Below, piece after piece: positions 26,551 to 39,749 of a DNA stretch of 64,000 nucleotides. Source of the stretch: Lama glama. Lineage: Eukaryota. The stretch lies in assembly GCA_028534125.1 (NCBI GenBank), contig CM052817.1:98520001-98584000 (forward strand). Reading direction: 5' to 3'. Below the pieces are notes generated by a model. That model did not search any database. It worked only from the letters and a program-made list of their open reading frames with translations, and had not been told where the DNA came from. The translations under genes and the position numbers were made by a program. Numbering within the stretch: the stretch's first letter is position 1; every line of letters begins with the position of its first letter.

Positions 26551-27253
26551 CTACAAGTAGTTTCTTAACAAAAATAACAAGTCCCAAACCACACTGTTCT
26601 GGTCAGCCATAGTTTGGATTATTTACCTAAAATTTTATACTTAAGTTTTTACTACTGGAACCTTAGCTCACACTCGTTAGAGGCATTGCTTTAATGTTCA
26701 TTTCAAACTGAATGTTATAGAAATGAGGAAGAACACAGTAAGAGTATAGAGTGATGTTTGGGTCTGCCACCAACCTAGAAAATGACAGAGAGGAGTGCAG
26801 TTGACAGCTGCTAAACATAGGGAAGAAATAACCTTTCCCCTACCTAACCACTTCAAACCCACTTTAAACAAATGAAAAGTACCAAAAAATAAATTTCTCC
26901 AAGAAATTTCTTTGTAAAATTTAGATTATGACTGAACACTTATGTACCTTCAGTGTTGCCAAATGCTGGGTCAGAGAAACCAAGGGAGGTCAGAATCTTT
27001 CTAGAGAGGTCTTAGCTTAGAGGAAGTGCTCTCAAGGAGACAAAGAATAAGGATGGTATTCATTGTTTTGAAGTAGGAGAAAGCAGATACTGACCAAGAT
27101 AACACAGCATGAGAACTACAAGAGAGAAATGAAAGATGAAGTAATTTTGAAAACAAGAAGAAAAAAGATGAAGAGTTCTGTGTTAACCAATATTTTTGCA
27201 TTTCTGTGATTTGCTGAAAAATCACAGAGCATTTACTATTTTGCAACCATTAC

Positions 27254-27378
27254 CCATAACTGGCAGAATTATTATGAATAAATCTTGGATTAACAAAGAC
27301 GTCTGATGAAAATATGAAATCCAGTGGGTCCACATAGGTAGAGGATTTGGTTCTTAGGTTTGCACATCAAGAAATTCA
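27254..27378 (-). pseudogene. Pseudo-exon, 125 nt: EFLDVQT*EPNPLPMWTHWISYFHQTSLLIQDLFIIILPVM
   Basis: Acceptor ttgtatttag, donor gtaatg; one stop. Confidence 0.5.
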
Positions 27379-27759
27379 CTAAATACAACTTTCTGATTTT
27401 TACACTTAGTATCACTACTCCTACTCTTTCCACATTAATAGAAAAATGCTGTAAAAGAAAGGAATTAATGTTGACCCTAAAAATAATAATCATAATTTTT
27501 GTCACTTTACCTAGGGCTAAGTGAAATATTTCACCTATAATATTAACAAAAACAAATATTAGATTGCAAGATAATATGTAAGGAATGAACACATTTTGTA
27601 AAAAAATGTATATTAATAAATCTGCAATGCCATTTCATGATTTTTTTATTTTTATTTTCAAATTTTCCTAAAAACAACATGCATTGATTGCTCATATAAT
27701 TTTTAAAAGGTGGCATAGGAAGAAGTAAAATCTAATGAAATGATTTTATTAACCAAAAT

Positions 27760-28396
27760 CATGTATCACCAAAATGGCAATTCATCCATTTCTTATAGTC
27801 ACTACCATGAAGATCTTCATGGAGACAAGCATTGCTCAGTTGAATATTCACAATTGGATGCCACCTTGCCTGAGAATCTTTGGCACACATAGATTTTTGT
27901 GGCTTTGTTGAAATTCTTATTTTGTAACTCTGATTTCTCAAAGATCCATGAAATACTGTTATCTTTATTCTTTTCAAAATATCTCCATAATATATTTTTC
28001 TTTCATTATATTTAATTATATTTTAGTTGGTTTATTCCTGTTGTCATATTTAGCTCCTGTCATTTCAAAATTCATTAAATGAGTCCCTTGTAAAAGAGAT
28101 GGCTGTAAATAGCAAATTCTATCCATGCATGGTGCTACTGTCTGTCAGTCTCAAAGGATACTTCCTGAACTTGATCCTAGTTTTAAGAGTCCAACTTTTC
28201 TGATAGCCTGTAGTCTTCTCTCCACTGATAATGTTGGATAGAGTGAAAATTTCAGTACTATAACTGTATGTTTTAGCTCAGAATATTAAATGGTTTGGGA
28301 GCTGTGTTATCATTGTTGATCATTAGTCTTTGTCATTAAGATGACAAGTTACACTGGTTTTTGCAGAACTGAAACCTTTACGTGTAAATATTCCTT
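27760..28396 (-). pseudogene. Large, strongly degraded exon-like segment
   Basis: Acceptor ttcttctttttcag; many stops; distal part open (track ORF 27759-27977). Confidence 0.35.
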
Positions 28397-30124
28397 CTGA
28401 AAAAGAAGAACAGAATGAATGGGAGTTAGGAGGGACTATAGATGCACTTAAAAAAAGGGAGACAACATAAAATGGGCTTTATAAGTGTATATGTACTAAG
28501 AAGATCTGTTTTTGTTTAGGACATTTACTATTTTTAACTTCCATACCTGATCTAGTTTTAGTTATGTGAGCCTGAAAAAAATCTATATAAAATGAGTGTG
28601 ACTATTAGTCTCATGTCTCAAGGAAAGTAACTCACAGCCCTGATGTGAATAATTTTATCACCTCTCTAAGATCCTAGAAGGATAACTTGACAGATGACGT
28701 TCTCTTCACACATATTGCGTTTTGCTTCAAATTAAACATTTACTTCACATACACCAAAAAATGTGAAGGGTGGGTAGATTAAACTATTAGTAATCATGCC
28801 TTCAGCAGGGACATAATTTCACAATCACTGTGAAGCCTTCTGCAATTTGGAGACTGTACTAATGGCAACACCAGGAGGCAGAATGACCTTGTCCACTTCA
28901 CAATCTTTGTGATAACAAAACCATGGTTAGAAATTGAAAAGTTTACTCACTAGATAAATCATTTATAAATCATCTGATATTCTAGCCTCACTGGATTGTT
29001 AACAGGCATAATAAATTATACCAATATTAAACAGCAGTCAACAAGAAAAAATTCTAAGTAGAGGTATTATATCAGATATTATTGCATCTATTTTAAAATT
29101 TCTGGTCAGGTGCATTTTAAAGTTAAAATAAAATTCTATTTAGGATCAATTTTCTGAACATCCCACACACCCCTTGGGAACTTGAGTATCTGCTGCCAAG
29201 AGTTCCAACATGTAGAATCCAGCCTGTGACATTTCTGTCTGTAATGGAATTATCCCAGTATTTTCCCCACCCCTAGTCAGGGTAAGGTTACTCAACAACA
29301 GAAGCACTTAAACAGACCAAGAATCATTAAGCAAAACACTCATGAGATTTGGCAACTGAATCACATATTTACAGAAGGCTTAAAATAAGTGACTCCTCTG
29401 TGGTATCACTTGGCACTAAGAGTTATGAACAAAACAGCTGACAAACTTGAGCCTTTGGGCACTTTATGTAACTTGCTGACCAAGAGAATTGAATTCTTTG
29501 CAGCATTTGAAAATAAATTTAGAAAAATATTTATGAATAATTTAAACTATTTAGGGTATTACATTTAGATCAAGCACATTAGAAAGAATATTAAAATCTC
29601 CACAGATCATAGAGTGAAATATCAAAATAATTTTTCATGATAAAAGAGTCACTGTCATTTGCATTTAACAATTCACAGATATAAATTTCATTACCAAAAG
29701 TATATCAACTGCATTAGAACTTATCTAAACTACAGATTCTTTCTCATTAAAAACCCATTTTGCCAGGTTTTCACCCTTGGTTCTTCTCTCATTCTGAAGA
29801 GCTTTCGTAGGGGAATTCATTTATACCCATAAACTCAAGTACCTCCTATGGGCTGATGTCCCTGAATTATAAAACCATATAGCCAACTGCCTGCTAGACA
29901 TATTCTTCAAGGTTGTCCATCAGGAATCGCAAACTCAACTTGACCAGATAAAATCCATGATCTTTTATATCTAAAATGTGCCCCTTTCAATATCCTTGCA
30001 AATAAAACTACCAACCATTCATACCCAGCATTTTAATGGGGCACACATGTGAGAAAGAAGATATAGTTCAGGTCCCTAAAAAGTACAAAGTGATATCAGA
30101 AACCCATCACATAAAACCTAGAGA

Positions 30125-31017
30125 TCCAAGAAGACATACAAATGGCCAACAGGCACATGAAAAAATGCTCAATATCACTGATTATCAGAGAAATGCAAAC
30201 CAAAACTAACATGAGGTATCATCTCACACCGAACAGAATGAGCATCATTAAAAAGTCCACATACAATAAATGCTGGAGAGTGTGGAGAAAAGGGAACCCT
30301 CCTATGCTGTTGGTGGGAATGTAATTTGGTCCAGCCACTATGGAAAACAGTATGGAGATTCCTTAAAAAACTAAAAATAATACTTACCATATGATCCAGC
30401 AATCCCATTCATGGGCATTTACCTAGAGAAAACTCTAATTCAAAAAGATACATGCACTCCAATGTTCATAGCAGCATTGTTTACAATAGCCAAGACATGG
30501 AAGCAACCTAAATGTCCATCAACATATGAGTGAATAAAGAAGATGTGGTATATATATATATATACCATGGAATACTACTCAACTATAAAAAAGAATGAAA
30601 TAATGCCATTTGCAGCAACATGGATAGACCTAGAGATTATCATACTAAGTGAAGTATGTCAGAGAAGAAGAAATCCCATAAGATATCACTTATATGTGGA
30701 ATCTAAAAAATGCACAAATGAACTTATTTACAAAACAGACTTACAGGCATAGAAAACAAGCTTATGGTTACCAAAGGGGAAAGGATGGGAGGGATAAATT
30801 GGGAGTTTGGGATTAGCAGATACAAACTACTATATATAGAATAGGTAAACAAAAAAGTCCTACTGTATAACACAGGGAACTATATTCAGTAACTTGTAAT
30901 AACCTGTAATAAAAAAGAATATGAAAAAGAATATACATATGTATAACTGAATCACTGTGCTGTACACCAGAAACTAACACAACATTGTAAATCAACTATA
31001 CTTCAATTAAAAAAAAG
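30125..31017 (+). mobile_element. Relatively young 5'-truncated L1 (ORF2 C-terminus plus 3' UTR)
   Basis: Track ORFs [19 protein letters not shown]… and [19 protein letters not shown]…; poly(A) end. Confidence 0.95.
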
Positions 31018-31039
31018 TCCCAAAATGTGTAGTGCTCAA

Positions 31040-32545
31040 TAGCTAAAAAGGAAAAGATAGAAAAGATAGACCATGCTACATCAATCAAAAAAAGCTGGAC
31101 TGGCTATATTATTAATATTCAATAAACTAGATTTCAGAGCAAAGAATATTACAAGGGACAGAGAAGATCACTTCATAATGATAAAAGGGTCAATTCATTA
31201 AGAGGACATAACAGTCATAAAGTTTTATACATCTAATGATAGAACTACAAACTGCACAAAGCAAAAAACTGATAGAACTGCAAAGAGAAACAGACAAATA
31301 CACAATTATACTTAGAGACGTCGACACTTTTCAATAATTATAGATAAAGTACATAGAAAATCCATGAGGATACAGGCATCTTAAGTAATACTATTAAGCA
31401 ACTTGAACTAACTGACATTCATAAAATTAAAAAATAAAATTTAAAAATTTAAAAATGCAATTTAAACCTGAAGTAAGCAAAATAAAAGAAATAAAAAGAG
31501 CAGGAAAGAAAACAAAACATAAAATAGAAAAAATTTTAAATCAATACACTCAAAAGTTAGTCATTTAAAAAAAATCAACAAAATTTATAAACTTCTAGAC
31601 AGACTGATAAGAAAAAATGTATGAAGACACAAATTACAAATATCAGTAATGAAAGAGGTGCCATCACTACAGACTCTTTATAGGAAGTAAAATAATAAGG
31701 GTGTATTATCAACTTTTTGCCCATAAATTCTACAACTTAGATAAAATGGTATCCTTGAAAGACACAAACTACCAAAGATCACTCAAGAAGAATTAGATAA
31801 CCTGCATAGTTCCATATGTATTTTTAAAATGGAATATGTAATTAAAACTTTTCAACAGAGAAAATACCATACCCAGAAGACTTCATGGGTGAATTCTACC
31901 AAATTTTTAAGGAGCTATACCAATTCTATACATGCTCTTCCAGAAAATCGTAAGGGCAAAAATACTCCCTACACCTTCTATAAGGCAAGCATTAAGACAA
32001 AAATCACAGATACACTACAAGAAGAACAAAATAAAACTGACAAATAATATTTCTCATGAACATAGGTACAAAAATCCTCCAAGAAATTTTAGTAAACTAT
32101 ATCCAATTATATACAAAAAGGATAATACATCATGACAAAGTGAGGTTTAGCCCCATAATGAAAGATTAGTTTAACAATTAAATACTAATTAATGTAATTC
32201 ACCATATTAACAAACAAAGAGAGAAAAAAAATATGATCTTTTTACACATTTAGAAAAAAAAGTTTTACAAAATCCAGCATCCATTCTCAATAATAAAAAA
32301 AAAATTCTCATCGGGCTATGAGAAGGAAATTTTCTTGACCTGATAAAGAGCATCTATGAAGAATCTATACCTAGCATCATATTTAGTGGCAGAAGACTGA
32401 ACATTTTTCCCCCTAGGCAAGAAGGCCTACTCTCACCCTCCTCTACAGCATTGTGCTGGAGGTTCTAGCCAGTGGAGCAAGGCAAAGAAAATGAAATGAA
32501 AGTCATCCAGATAGGAAAAGAAGGAAAACTGTCTTTATTGTCTAG
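31040..32545 (+). mobile_element. Old L1 ORF2 fragment (endonuclease to RT region)
   Basis: ataatgataaaagggtcaattcat, ctaccaaagatcactcaagaagaa, gtgctggaggttctagccagtg. Confidence 0.85.
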
Positions 32546-33084
32546 TGCTCTTTCTACCATACCTCTGATTGTGTAGTTTAAACATTCTCTTTTTATATAT
32601 TTTAAACAGTAAAAGAATCCCACCATTAAATTAAAATTAGAACAAGAAGATTAATTAACAACTACATTTTTCCTATGAAGAACAAACTTTTTGTCAAATG
32701 ACCCAAAAGAACTTCTGTTAAACACACGTTAAACACACTGAATGTCACTATGTGCTGAGAATCCTCATGGCAAAATCTGCAGTTTTTTTAAATGTCCTAC
32801 TTATTGTCTTAAAATTATCATTTAAATACCTGCCCCTGTCAAACACAATGCCTTACTTGCACAGGAACAAGTAAAATGAAAGCAAAAGAATAAAAGCTAA
32901 AGACAAAGACTGTCTTAAAATAGTTGTGTCATGCTTAAATGTCATAATGTCTCTTAAAACTTTCTCTTATTGCAAACTAATTAATTCACTCACATACATT
33001 GAGAAAGTTATCACCTCAAAATAGTCCACTGTAGAGTAGAATTCCTTTCTCATTTTATTTGGAAGACAAGATTTATAGACTAGA

Positions 33085-33181
33085 CTATCTGAGAGGCTGT
33101 CTCCCGGGCTGTAATCCTCATCTTGCCTCAAAGAAACCTTAACTCACAGATCTCAAGTTGTATTTTTTTTTCCAGTCAACA
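33085..33181 (+). mobile_element. Short ERV LTR 3'-end fragment
   Basis: gagaggctgtctcccgggctgtaatcctc…tcaaca terminus. Confidence 0.45.
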
Positions 33182-33509
33182 GTAGTCCTATTTAAAATTA
33201 AAATAACTCAATGTCACTTTATTATACTGTAAGCACTTTAAAATAAACTTTTTTATTTATGGAACATATTTAAAGGCTAGCAACTAACTTTTTTTTTTTA
33301 ATCCTAAGTGTTTTATGAAGAAGACTTAAAAACACTCACATTGCTTATTCAAAAGAAGTGGAAACTTAAGCAGACACAGGTTTTGCATCATCTGGTGAAG
33401 AAACAGCCAATGGTCAGAGCTAACAGGAAGAAATGGGATCTCTCATCAGGCAATGAGTTCCCCCTTCCTATCTACTTGAGAATTGCTGTTACTGTGCAAA
33501 AGAACTCAC

Positions 33510-33702
33510 ATGACAACACCTTAGGAATCTCCTGTTGTTTGTAAAAATTATATATATATATCCTTCTTAATCTGCTCTTAGAGAAGCTAGGCATCAGAGG
33601 GGTATTTAACTGTTCTCTAATGTCCTCCAAATCTGGCACAGTTAATAAGGTTAATATTCCTAAGGTTTGATCCACATTGCTCCCATTTAGTGTTACATCA
33701 AC
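33510..33702 (-). pseudogene. Pseudo-exon, 193 nt, fully open: VDVTLNGSNVDQTLGILTLLTVPDLEDIREQLNTPLMPSFSKSRLRRIYIYNFYKQQEIPKVLS
   Basis: Acceptor ctttctcttacag, donor gtgagt; 64 open codons. Confidence 0.65.
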
Positions 33703-34156
33703 CTGTAAGAGAAAGCTGATGTTCTATCACTTAATAGTCAGTTAGTGATTATTCTCAGCCACTTCACTGTTCATTAGCACTCCCTCTAGAGGTGGAGGGG
33801 GCGGAGAGTTCACTCAAATGGGTTGACCCTTATTTATGCCTGTTAAAAGTTAAAATGAGACTACAGATAAGAATTTAATACCACTGGCCAAAGTGGTAAA
33901 TTAGTACTGAGTGTGCTCCCTTAACCACTTTATCCCTATTATCTATTTCTCATGCATTAGGTATTTTCTGTTTGTTAATGATTTAGAAAATAATTGTCAT
34001 CTCAGACTCTCTGAAATGCCAAATCTGTCACAATGACATGATAATGCTGAGCTCATCTAGTCTAACTACAGAGTTCTGATTTTATCACAATTGAATACGC
34101 ATTTATAAATGACTCATACTTGATCCTTTGTCCTGCTCTATTATGACTTCTCTCTC

Positions 34157-34300
34157 TTTTTTCCTTTTTTTTTTTTTTTAAGGGGAAGAGGTAACTAGGT
34201 TTATTTATTTACCTATTTTTTAAGTGGAGATACCGGGGATTGAACCCACAACCTTGTGCATGCTAGGCAGGCACTCTACCACTGAGCTATACCCTACCCT
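34157..34300 (-). mobile_element. tRNA-Ala-derived SINE (vic-1-like), long form
   Basis: Reverse complement agggtatagctcagtggtagagtgc…; C-rich tail segment and poly(A). Confidence 0.88.
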
Positions 34301-34454
34301 CATTATTTGTAAGGTAAATACCATTCACTCTAAGAGAATGGATCATAAATATGAAGCTTCCTTATTGTAGATTTCTGGGTGACTTCCTCATCCAGAAAGT
34401 TTATTTACAGAAAATAGACGACATTGATCAGGTAATAATAAAAGAATATTATTA

Positions 34455-34665
34455 TTACTATTGTGGTGAAAAACACATAACATAAAATTTACCATCTTAA
34501 CCATTTTTAAGTGTATAGTCAAAAGTGTTAAGTATATTCACGCTGTTGTAAAACAGATCTCCAGAACTTTTGCATCTTGCAGAACTGAAACTCTATACCC
34601 ATTAAACAACAAGTCCCTCATTCCGCCTCCCTTCAACCCTGGTAATTCTACTTTGTTCTAAATAA
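34455..34665 (-). mobile_element. L1 (L1MB-like) 3' end
   Basis: acataacataaaatttaccatcttaaccatttttaagtgta. Confidence 0.8.
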
Positions 34666-35256
34666 TTTGCTTTTTGTGTTCATTTTATCCAATTTTCTTG
34701 TATTTTTAATGTCTGTGAAAAAAGGGAGAACATGCAGACTAATGTTACAGCTCGCATCTGTTTTTTTAAGTCACAATCATTATTCAAATATCAGTTTTCT
34801 CTGAATGCCATAGAATATATTGTTTCAATGCTACTGCAACTTATATAAAAGCAATTTTATCATACCTAGAAAGTGATTGTTAAAAAAATGTAAGAAGCAT
34901 TTAAGCAGTTTTTCTCCTTAGTTCTGTTCAAATATAGCAAGAGTATAATTAGCTGGACAATCTGCCTAACTCTGTAATATATGTCACCTCAACTTACAAA
35001 CCCGTAGACGAGCAAGTTTTGCAATAACTTCCTTTAAAAAATCACTTTCAAAAAGATGAAATAAAACACCTCTAATTTTCTCTTTCCCAAGAGGAAAGAA
35101 AGTATATGTGTATGTGTATATATATATATATATATACACATACACATACACATATATATATGAAGTTTGAAAAAGTTTTTCATTTTTTTTAATTCAGCAA
35201 GTTAAAATGCTGCAATAATAAGGAGACATTCATTTTTCTCATCACCAAGTAATCAC

Positions 35257-35906
35257 TTCCACATTATTGGACAGCTTCATGGGTTTGACTGCTCCATTGC
35301 CACTTAATGATCCTGGAAATAAGCCAGTATTTTTCTTGGGTTCTTTTTCTCAAAAAAAAAAAAAAAAAAAAATCCAAGAGGTTACTTTGGCAATGCAACC
35401 ACTCAAGTACTTCACTTTGGATTATTCCTCCTTTTTTGTGAACATTTAAAAGGTAAAGTACTTTCTTTCATTTTACCCCAAACTCAACATTTCTAATATA
35501 TAGATCTATTGATTTTACTCATGTTTCTTGAAATGAGTAAATGCAAAATCTTCTCTGAAATAAGTATCTGATTGAATGTTGTTTCTCCGAAAACAAATGC
35601 CTCAAGATATGACCCAGAACACATATTTCCAGACCAAGAAATAATGTCTAAAATTTTTTAAGATCTACAGAGGGAAAGCTAATAATAACCCAGCAAGCCA
35701 TTGGCAGCTTAGCAGAACCTTAAATCTGCTGATAAACAGACAAAATAATGAGTTCCCAAAACTACTAAAAACTACCAAATAATCTAAGATAAAACCATCA
35801 TCTCTTCATTTCTAATCTTATAATGTTCTTTTCAGGAGTTCTATTTGTCAACACAGGCCATAGACTCACCATGTGTGGCACAAGGCTTTTGACTAAATTC
35901 ACAATT
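35257..35906 (-). pseudogene. Three small pseudo-exons (35870-35906, 35386-35445, 35257-35312): NCEFSQKPCATHD|VHKKGGIIQSEVLEWLHCQR|SLSGNGAVKPMKLSNNVE
   Basis: Donors gtgagt, gtaacc, gtgatt; acceptors tttag, tttaa (mutated), tttccag; no stop across all three. Confidence 0.6.
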
Positions 35907-36103
35907 CTAAATGCGTATTTTCTAATTCATTGCTGGTACATCTCTTAAATTATGTTTTGTTTGCACAAGTTGAAAAAAGTAGTATATTATACAGCTGCAA
36001 GTTCCTCCCACTCAACCTGTTTTAAGTTTTAGATATTGGCCAAGATAACAATGCTCATGATCAAACACTATCACATGTTTATACACCTATTTTAAAAATA
36101 TTT

Positions 36104-36254
36104 GGAGAGGAGGGTATAGATCAGTGGTAGAGTGCATGCTTAGCATGCATGAGGTACTGGGTTCGATCCCCAGTACCTCCATTAATACATACATACATAC
36201 ATACGTACGTACGTACCTCCCCCAACCCCCCCCAAAAATATATATATATATATT
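36104..36254 (+). mobile_element. tRNA-Ala-derived SINE (vic-1-like), long form
   Basis: gggtatagatcagtggtagagtgcatgcttagcatgcatgaggtactgggttcgatccccagtacctcca; (TACA)n and C-rich tail. Confidence 0.9.
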
Positions 36255-36529
36255 CATTAATTCAAGGATTTAGAGTACCCTAAATGAAAGGCACTGGGCT
36301 AGGTGGTGTAAGTAACATGAAGATGGATAACTATCCCTGTCCTCAGTCAGTTTCCAATCTACCTAGGATGACAGATATAAAGAGAACAACTATATTTTGT
36401 GCGACAAAAGCTATTATTCAAGCTAAGACACTTTTGAGAGTGAGAGAGGTGCTTTTAAAAATAAAGCTGGGAAAACAGACATAAACCAAGTCTGTCCAAG
36501 GAAAACTGGGACATATGGTCACCCTAAGT

Positions 36530-36760
36530 ATGGTATACAATGATTTGTAGTTTATCAAGTGCTTTACAAAAATCTTATTTTTTTTCCTTAAATCAAAGCT
36601 ATGAAATAAATAACACAACACTATCCCCATTTGTAGATGGGAAAACTAAGGCTCAGAGAAACTAAATGATTTATCTAATGACATGTATAGCTAACAAATG
36701 ATAGGTTCAAGGTTTGAATTGAAATTTTCTAATTCCAAATATAACATCTTTCTGTTATAA
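36530..36760 (-). mobile_element. MIR SINE
   Basis: tatccccatttgtagatgggaaaactaaggctcagagaa. Confidence 0.75.
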
Positions 36761-37318
36761 CATATTGCTCATCGATAACTGTAGCTACTAGGCACATAGC
36801 TACATTCTATAATTACAACTTGTGGGAAGAATAGTTCATCTGATTATAATACCCATATAGAAATACAGGAAAATATTTACCAATTTGCTATTATTATTAC
36901 TTTCATGGCAAAATTTATGTGGATAAATAAGGGAGATTAATTTGAAAAATTACATAACATAAAGTTTATTTTTTGACTTCCCCAAAAATAAGAGCTAAGA
37001 CAATTTCAAGTAAAATCAGAATGTAAAGAGGGATGTCTTCATTACCATTATTCAAAACTGTCTTAAAAGTTGTAATGAATAAATACTGGATAAGAAGAGA
37101 TAAAAACATCTTTTCTGCTACTAAGATTGTATAATACTAGTGATAATGACTAGAATTTTGAAAAACTGGTAAGATGGCTAGATTCAAGATATTTTAAAAC
37201 TATAATTTTTCTGTGTTCCAGCAAAATAAGCTCCCCTTCCTATCACACCCAGGCTCCTCCAGACCACTTCTCATTCTATATATAGATTTCTGCCCTGGTT
37301 ACATCAGATATTTACAAC

Positions 37319-37385
37319 CTTGAATGCAATATTTAACATCCCACTCTGAATTATCTGCTTTGAATGATTTCTCCAAATTCCAGAG
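37319..37385 (-). pseudogene. Pseudo-exon, 67 nt: SGIWRNHSKQIIQSGMLNIAFK
   Basis: Acceptor tttttctgttgatag, donor AAG|gttgta; frame ambiguous. Confidence 0.45.
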
Positions 37386-37487
37386 CTATCAACAGAAAAA
37401 TGATTTATCTTACATCTATGACCAACAGTACTTAACTAAAATCTTCCCTTTCAGGACAAAGACCCTACCTCTAAGACAAAATTCTAC

Positions 37488-37595
37488 CCCACTCTTAGAG
37501 TCACTGGCAGCAAATTCCTGGACATTTTTTAATTGCACATTTGTCTGTTTCCATTCTTCAAGAATGCATAACCACTGACATCCAGTATTAGAGCA
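37488..37595 (-). pseudogene. Pseudo-exon, open: CSNTGCQWLCILEEWKQTNVQLKNVQEFAASDSKSG (start resembles a TRAF-type Zn finger)
   Basis: Acceptor tttgtctgccttcag; 36 open codons (track ORF 37416-37625); donor position uncertain. Confidence 0.55.
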
Positions 37596-37899
37596 CTGAA
37601 GGCAGACAAAGGAAAAAATGCCCATGATAAAAAGACATGCATGTTATTTTTATAGAAATTGTCCAATTCGATATTAGCTCCCTAATAACCTGATACAACC
37701 TGTTTTATACGCCTCTTTTTCAGCCTTTAAAATCTTTTTTTTCTGTAAAACTTAGAAACTAGCTGGTTTATCAATGAGATTCATATGTCACCCTTCTAAA
37801 GACTTCTAGTAACATTAAAAGAATTTTCATTTAATTGTTGTAGTATTGAGATTTATTCCCTGAGAACTGTTATCTTCTGTGCCTGTAATAGGTATTTGG

Positions 37900-38630
37900 G
37901 GCTCTCCCTGTGGACTTGATGAAGTGAGCAGCCATATGAAGAAGCCCACATAGCAAAGAAGTACATTAACCATTAGGGCTCTAGGGACTGCAAGTGGCCT
38001 CTAGGACCTGAAGCCATATCCAGCCAAGCCATGCCCAGAATCCTGGCCCACAGAAACTGAGATAATATATGTGTGTGTTGTTTTCAGTCACTTAATTTGT
38101 GATCATTTGTTACACAGCAATGGGAAACTAACAGACTTTCCAAAGGCTTTCTGTCTTCGAGTGAAATCCCAAGTCATTTCTACAATTTGGGCCCTTGCTA
38201 CCACTGCTCTCACCTCATTTTCCATTTTTGCCATTGCACATTTTCTCTAGCTACAATGGCCTACAAGTTCATCAAATATGACAAAATCACCACCAGCTCA
38301 GGGCTTTCAAACATTCTGCCTGGATAGCTGTTCCCAGGTTTCTGCTTAGCTCATAGCTCACCTTCCTTAGGTACCTACTTAAAGATTATTTTGTTGGAGA
38401 CACCTTTCCTGAGAAAAAAAAATTCCTGCCCCTACTCAACATGTATTGCTGACATCTGACTGCTTTATTTTCTCCACAGCACTCACATTTCACCACCTGA
38501 TATGTTTTTACTTATTTATGCTTATTGTATTTCTCCCTGTACCATAATGTAAAATCCAAGGGCACAGTGACTTTGTTTTGTTAACTGTTGTTAAACTATA
38601 TATGTGGAATATTTGTTGAATAAATGAATA
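37900..38630 (+). mobile_element. MLT1 LTR fragment (to about 38135) followed by L2 3' end
   Basis: cccacagaaactgagataata…ttgttacacagcaat; L2 tail ttgttgaataaatgaat. Confidence 0.65.
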
Positions 38631-39409
38631 TATGGATATATAAGTTAATGAATTAATTAATCAAAGCAAATTACAAAGACTGAAGAAATGAAAGAGAAAT
38701 GAATAGATATGAAGAGTAAATAAAATAATTTAATGTAAAGATAAATGTTATCTAACAAATAGAACAGAAAAAGCATTCAGAGCTTTAATAAATAATAATT
38801 TCCCAATTCCTCATGATATAAGTAGAAAAAATAAGTGTTCTAATCATAGGAATTAATCTAACTTCATATTCTTCACGTAACTGCCAGAAGACAATGGAGC
38901 AATAACTAAAATGTTCTAACAGAAAAAGAGTATAATCTTAGGATTTTATATTCATTCAGCTTTTCCTATGAGATTCAGGCAACTGACTTTATTAATCTCA
39001 CAAAATCATAAGAAATGTACTTTCTATGATAGTCTCATGAAAAGTGAAATCATGCCAAGCAAGAAATAGGTAAAATAAGGGACTCAGAAAGGAAAAGCAA
39101 GGATGAATAAACAAAGTTTTAGTGGCCATCGAATCAGTTTAAATACATCTATTTAAAAATTACAGTAATTTATTAGAAAATATGAATTGAATATTTTAAA
39201 CCTTGACAAAGAAAAACAATATAATCAACAAAGTTGAAAGGTTGGTGGAGAGATGGTTAGGAGTAAAAGAATAATTATTTCCTCATGATTCACATCAGGG
39301 AGAAAATGTATACTATCTCATAAATTGACTCATGTAACTTTTTAATCACTCAAACAACTTAATTTAACCTTCCTAATAAGTTTCTAACCATACCCCTTAT
39401 AGGAATTTT

Positions 39410-39590
39410 TTTTACAAACTTTTTGTAGATTGTCATAAAGTAAATATTTAGGCTTTGTGGGCCACATACAGTCTGTTATATTTGTATTTGTTTCTTTTAC
39501 AACCCTTCAAAAATGTAAAAACCAACCTTAGATCCCAAGCTTCACAAAACCAGGCCATGACTGAATTTGTAGTTTGTTGATTCCTAGCTA
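39410..39590. mobile_element. MER58-like hAT DNA transposon
   Basis: agtaaatatttaggctttgtgggccaca…aaaaatgtaaaaacca. Confidence 0.65.
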
Positions 39591-39749
39591 AAAGCAAAGT
39601 AACACTGAGCTAAAATTCTGTCATTTCATTTTCACTCTAGAATCCTATGATTCTGTTAAGTTTAAGTAAAACTAATCATGGCATTTTATATTTAGAAATT
39701 TTATGATAATGTATAGGACCTCCACTTTTGGCCAAGATATACCCAACTG

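Noticed and set aside
36104..36181. Functional tRNA-Ala genes (also 6993 and 34225-34300)
   Set aside because: Mutations in the boxes or stems, A-rich tails and a TSD indicate SINE copies
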